From Dickeya solani IPO 2222 (GTDB lineage: Bacteria; Pseudomonadota; Gammaproteobacteria; Enterobacterales; Enterobacteriaceae), in NCBI RefSeq assembly GCF_001644705.1, contig NZ_CP015137.1, positions 660,001-692,000 of the forward strand: DNA of 32,000 nt, written 5' to 3'. The notes under the pieces were generated by a model. That model saw nothing but the letters and a program-made list of their open reading frames with translations. It was not told where the DNA came from and did not search any database. This document shows positions 28,537 to 32,000 of the stretch, in pieces (the stretch's first letter is position 1; each line of letters opens with the position of its first letter). Both the position numbers and the translations under genes were made by a program.

Positions 28537-30606
28537 ATGAGTCAGGACAAACTCTACATAGAAAAAGAGTTGAGTTGGTTATCCTTTAATGAACGTGTGT
28601 TGCAGGAAGCCGCGGACAAAACCAATCCGTTGATCGAGCGGATGCGGTTTCTCGGCATCTATTCCAACAATCTGGACGAGTTCTACAAAGTTCGCTTTGC
28701 CGACCTGAAACGCCGCATCCTGATCAATGAAGAACAAGGCTCCGCGGGTGAATTACGCCATTTACTCGGCAAAATTCAGGCCCGGGTACTGAAAACTGAC
28801 CAACTGTTCGACAATCTGTACAACGAACTGCTGCTGGAAATGGCCCGCAACCAGATCTTTCTGGTGAACGAACGTCAAGTCTCCCCCAACCAGCAAGTCT
28901 GGCTGCGCGAGTACTTCCGGCAAAACCTGCGCCCGCATATCACGCCGATTCTCATTCTGCCGGAAACCAATCTGGTGGAATTTCTGAAAGACGATTACAC
29001 CTATCTGGCGGTAGAAATCATCCGGGGCGAGAAGACCGATTACGCGCTGCTGGAAATTCCGTCCGACAAGGTGCCCCGCTTCGTCGACCTGCCGCCGGAA
29101 GCGCCGCACCGCCGCAAGACCATGATTCTGATCGACAATATCCTGCGCTATTGTCTGGACGATATTTTCCGCGGCTTTTTCGATTTCGACACGCTCAACG
29201 CCTACTCGATGAAAATGACCCGCGACGCCGAATACGATCTGGTCACCGAAATGGAATCGAGCCTGCTGGAACTGATGTCCTCCAGCCTGAAACAGCGTCT
29301 GACCGCCAAACCGGTGCGCTTCGTCTATCAGCGCGACATGCCGGACGCCATGGTGGAGTGCCTGCTGAACAAGCTGGATATTACCTCCTACGACTCGGTG
29401 ATCCCCGGCGGCCGCTATCACAACTTCAAAGACTTCATCGGTTTCCCGAATATCGGCCGCGCCAATCTGGTCAACAAACCGGTGCCGCGCCTGCGCCACA
29501 ACTGGTTCAGTCAGTTCCGCAACGGTTTTGACGCTATTCGCCACCGCGATGTGCTGCTCTATTACCCGTACCATACTTTCGAGCATGTACTGGAGCTGAT
29601 GCGTCAGGCATCTTTCGACCCGAGCGTGTTGTCGATCAGAATCAATATCTACCGTGTGGCGAAAGACTCCCGCATCATCAACTCGATGATCCACGCCGCT
29701 CACAACGGCAAAAAAGTCACGGTGGTGGTGGAACTGCAGGCGCGTTTTGACGAAGAAGCCAACATCCACTGGGCCAAACGGCTGACGGAAGCGGGCGTTC
29801 ACGTTATCTTCTCGGTGCCGGGGTTGAAAATCCACGCCAAACTGTTCCTGATTTCCCGCAAGGAAGGGGACAACATCGTGCGCTATGCCCACATCGGCAC
29901 CGGCAACTTCAACGAGAAAACCGCGCGCCTGTATACCGATTACTCGCTGCTCACCGCCGACGAACGCATCACCAACGAAGTGCGCCGGGTATTCAACTTT
30001 ATTGAAAACCCGTACCGGCCGGTCAGCTTCGACCACCTGCTGGTGTCGCCGCAAAATTCCCGCGATCGTCTCTACCAGATGATCGATCGGGAAATAGCTA
30101 ACGCGCAGGCAGGTCAGGAAGCAAAGATTACCCTAAAAATCAATAATATGGTTGACAAGGGACTGGTGGACCGCCTGTATACTGCTTCCAGCGCCGGGGT
30201 AAAAATCGACCTACTGGTTCGCGGCATGTGCTCGCTGATTCCAGAACTCCCCGGGATCAGCGATAATATTCGTGTCATCAGTATTCTGGACCGCTATCTG
30301 GAACACGACCGCGTCTATGTGTTCCATAATGGCGGTGACCACAAGGTCTTCCTGTCGTCCGCTGACTGGATGACACGCAATATTGATTACCGTATCGAAG
30401 TCGCGGTGGAAGTGCTTGATCACAGGCTAAAAGGCCAGGTGCTGGACATTCTGGAGATTTTGTTCAGCGATACGGTAAAAACCCGTGTGGTAGACAAGGA
30501 ACTGAGCAATCGCTACGTCACCCGCGGCAACCGGCGCAAGGTACGCGCCCAGAATGCCATCTATGACTATATCAAGGCGCTTGAGCAACCCGGAGAACAG
30601 GCCTGA
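28537..30606 (+). CDS. ppk: Polyphosphate kinase 1
   Basis: 689 aa. [55 protein letters not shown] is the canonical PPK1 N-terminus; two PLD-like HKD regions are present (IHAKLFLI; SADWMTRN). Confidence 0.97.
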   Translation: MSQDKLYIEKELSWLSFNERVLQEAADKTNPLIERMRFLGIYSNNLDEFYKVRFADLKRRILINEEQGSAGELRHLLGKIQARVLKTDQLFDNLYNELLLEMARNQIFLVNERQVSPNQQVWLREYFRQNLRPHITPILILPETNLVEFLKDDYTYLAVEIIRGEKTDYALLEIPSDKVPRFVDLPPEAPHRRKTMILIDNILRYCLDDIFRGFFDFDTLNAYSMKMTRDAEYDLVTEMESSLLELMSSSLKQRLTAKPVRFVYQRDMPDAMVECLLNKLDITSYDSVIPGGRYHNFKDFIGFPNIGRANLVNKPVPRLRHNWFSQFRNGFDAIRHRDVLLYYPYHTFEHVLELMRQASFDPSVLSIRINIYRVAKDSRIINSMIHAAHNGKKVTVVVELQARFDEEANIHWAKRLTEAGVHVIFSVPGLKIHAKLFLISRKEGDNIVRYAHIGTGNFNEKTARLYTDYSLLTADERITNEVRRVFNFIENPYRPVSFDHLLVSPQNSRDRLYQMIDREIANAQAGQEAKITLKINNMVDKGLVDRLYTASSAGVKIDLLVRGMCSLIPELPGISDNIRVISILDRYLEHDRVYVFHNGGDHKVFLSSADWMTRNIDYRIEVAVEVLDHRLKGQVLDILEILFSDTVKTRVVDKELSNRYVTRGNRRKVRAQNAIYDYIKALEQPGEQA

Positions 30607-30610
30607 CCCA

Positions 30611-32000
30611 ATGCCTTTAACGAATAACAATACCGAACAACCCCAGGAATTCGCCGCTATCGACCTGGGGTCCAACAGCTTCCATATGGTGGTCGCCCGC
30701 GTCGTCAATGGCGCATTGCAGGTCCTGAGCCGCCTGAAACAACGCGTGCATCTGGCCGACGGGCTGGACAGCCAGAACCGGCTGAGCGAAGAATCCATCC
30801 AGCGCGGGCTGAGCTGTCTGGCGCTGTTTGCCGAACGGCTGCAGGGCTTTCCTGCCACCAACGTGTCGATTGTTGGTACTCATGCACTGCGGCAGGCGGT
30901 CAACGCGCAGGATTTTCTGCGGCGCGCCGCCAGGATTATCCCCTACCCGATCGAGATCATCTCCGGCCATGAAGAAGCCCGTCTGATCTTCATGGGGGTG
31001 GAACACACCCAGCCGGAAAAAGGCCGCAAGTTGGTGATCGACATCGGCGGCGGTTCTACCGAGCTGGTGATCGGCGAAGACTTTGAACCGATACTGGTGG
31101 AAAGCCGCCGCATGGGTTGCGTCAGCTTCGCCCAACAGTTCTTCCCCAACGGCGAAATCAGCGAGGCCAATTTCCGGCGCGCTCGGCTGGCTGCGGCCCA
31201 GAAGCTGGAAACCCTGGCGTGGGAATACCGTATCTACGGCTGGGACTATGCCTTGGGCGCTTCCGGCACCATCAAGGCCACCTGCGAAATTTTGGTCGCC
31301 ATGGGGGAAAAAGACGGTCTGATCACTCCAGAACGGCTGGAAATGCTGCGCGAACGCATCCTGCAATTCAAAAATTTCCGGGCCGTCAGCCTGCCTGGTC
31401 TGACCGAAGATCGTCAGAACGTGCTGGTGCCGGGCTTCGCCATCCTGTGCGGCGTGTTTGACGCGCTAGCGATCAAAGAACTCCGCCTGTCGGACGGCGC
31501 CCTGCGCGAAGGGGTGCTGTACGAAATGGAGGGCCGCTTCCGCCATCAGGATATCCGTATCCGTACCGCGCAAAGTCTGGCCAGCCACTACAATATCGAC
31601 CGGGAGCAGGCGAAACGCGTGCGGGAAACCGCTGAACAGCTTTACGCCCAATGGGCGCAGCAGAATCCGTCGCTGGTGCACCCGCAGTTGGGAGCGCTGC
31701 TGAAATGGGCGTCCATGCTGCATGAGGTTGGGCTGGGCATCAACCATAGCGGTATGCATCGTCATTCGGCCTACATTCTGCAAAACACCAACCTGCCGGG
31801 TTTCAATCAGGAACAGCAGCAGTTGCTGGCCCTGACGGTGCGGCTGCATCGCAAAGCCGTCAAGCTGGAAGAGTTACCGCGCTTCAACCTGTTCAAGAAG
31901 AAGCAGTACCTGCCGATGGTGCAACTGTTGCGCCTCGCTACCCTGCTGAACAACCAACGTCAGGCGACCACCACGCCGAAAACGCTGCGCCTTATCGCCA
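30611..32000 (+). CDS. ppx: Exopolyphosphatase (3'-truncated by window edge)
   Basis: Not in the ORF track because it runs off the window. My translation from ATG 30611 gives [52 protein letters not shown]..., which is collinear with E. coli Ppx. It starts 4 nt after the ppk stop. Confidence 0.93.
   Translation, partial: MPLTNNNTEQPQEFAAIDLGSNSFHMVVARVVNGALQVLSRLKQRVHLADGLDSQNRLSEESIQRGLSCLALFAERLQGFPATNVSIVGTHALRQAVNAQDFLRRAARIIPYPIEIISGHEEARLIFMGVEHTQPEKGRKLVIDIGGGSTELVIGEDFEPILVESRRMGCVSFAQQFFPNGEISEANFRRARLAAAQKLETLAWEYRIYGWDYALGASGTIKATCEILVAMGEKDGLITPERLEMLRERILQFKNFRAVSLPGLTEDRQNVLVPGFAILCGVFDALAIKELRLSDGALREGVLYEMEGRFRHQDIRIRTAQSLASHYNIDREQAKRVRETAEQLYAQWAQQNPSLVHPQLGALLKWASMLHEVGLGINHSGMHRHSAYILQNTNLPGFNQEQQQLLALTVRLHRKAVKLEELPRFNLFKKKQYLPMVQLLRLATLLNNQRQATTTPKTLRLIA

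Noticed and set aside
28762-30054. 430-aa ORF antisense to ppk. Similar long antisense ORFs lie at 13173-14147 (opposite cysS), 6295-7224 (hutF), 8853-9770 (hutG), 17740-18576 (purK), 30617-31366 (ppx), 12404-13105 (folD/ybcJ), 8393-9085 (hutI/hutG) and 20009-20530 (sdaC).
   Set aside because: Each lies entirely opposite a confidently identified conserved gene. The translations are Arg/Gly/Ala/His/Gln-rich and low-complexity, as expected for shadow frames in high-GC DNA. None has a recognisable domain or a convincing start context.

Overview
All homology calls are my own recognition of the translated ORFs and motifs; no database search was run. This is an enterobacterial-type chromosomal segment, high GC by eye. 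It carries the E. coli-like housekeeping block folD-ybcJ-cysS ... ppiB-lpxH-purE-purK, which suggests a Dickeya/Pectobacteriaceae-like organism (inference only). Left to right: (1) the 3' part of a CitB/DcuR-family response regulator. (2) A minus-strand operon hutF-hutD, then SBP, two permeases and an ATPase of a polar-amino-acid ABC importer, then a histidine-ammonia-lyase-family paralog that lacks the Ala-Ser-Gly MIO triad. It is divergent from hutI-hutG. hutH, hutU and hutC are not in the window. (3) A NIT-domain methyl-accepting chemotaxis protein. (4) folD, ybcJ, cysS. (5) An ERIC-like MITE and a DoxX membrane protein inserted between cysS and ppiB. (6) ppiB, lpxH, purE (with a PurR box), purK. 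(7) sdaC-sdaB. (8) A lower-GC two-gene islet: an XRE regulator preceded by three tandem 18-bp repeats, and a small secreted protein behind a very AT-rich promoter region. (9) A Pst2-type phosphate ABC transporter (long PstC, long PstA, PstB; no pstS or phoU in the window), divergent from ppk-ppx (ppx runs off the 3' end). The best candidate for something undescribed is the ABC importer plus MIO-less lyase module. A TGTATA[GT]A[CT]A motif recurs four times, in front of that module, hutF and hutI, and links it to the hut genes. I suggest it catabolises a modified histidine rather than histidine itself. Secondary candidates are the SBP-less Pst2/ppk-ppx unit with a beta-propeller-like periplasmic domain fused to PstC, and the XRE/secreted-protein islet. 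Many long ORFs in the track are antisense shadows of real genes and are rejected.
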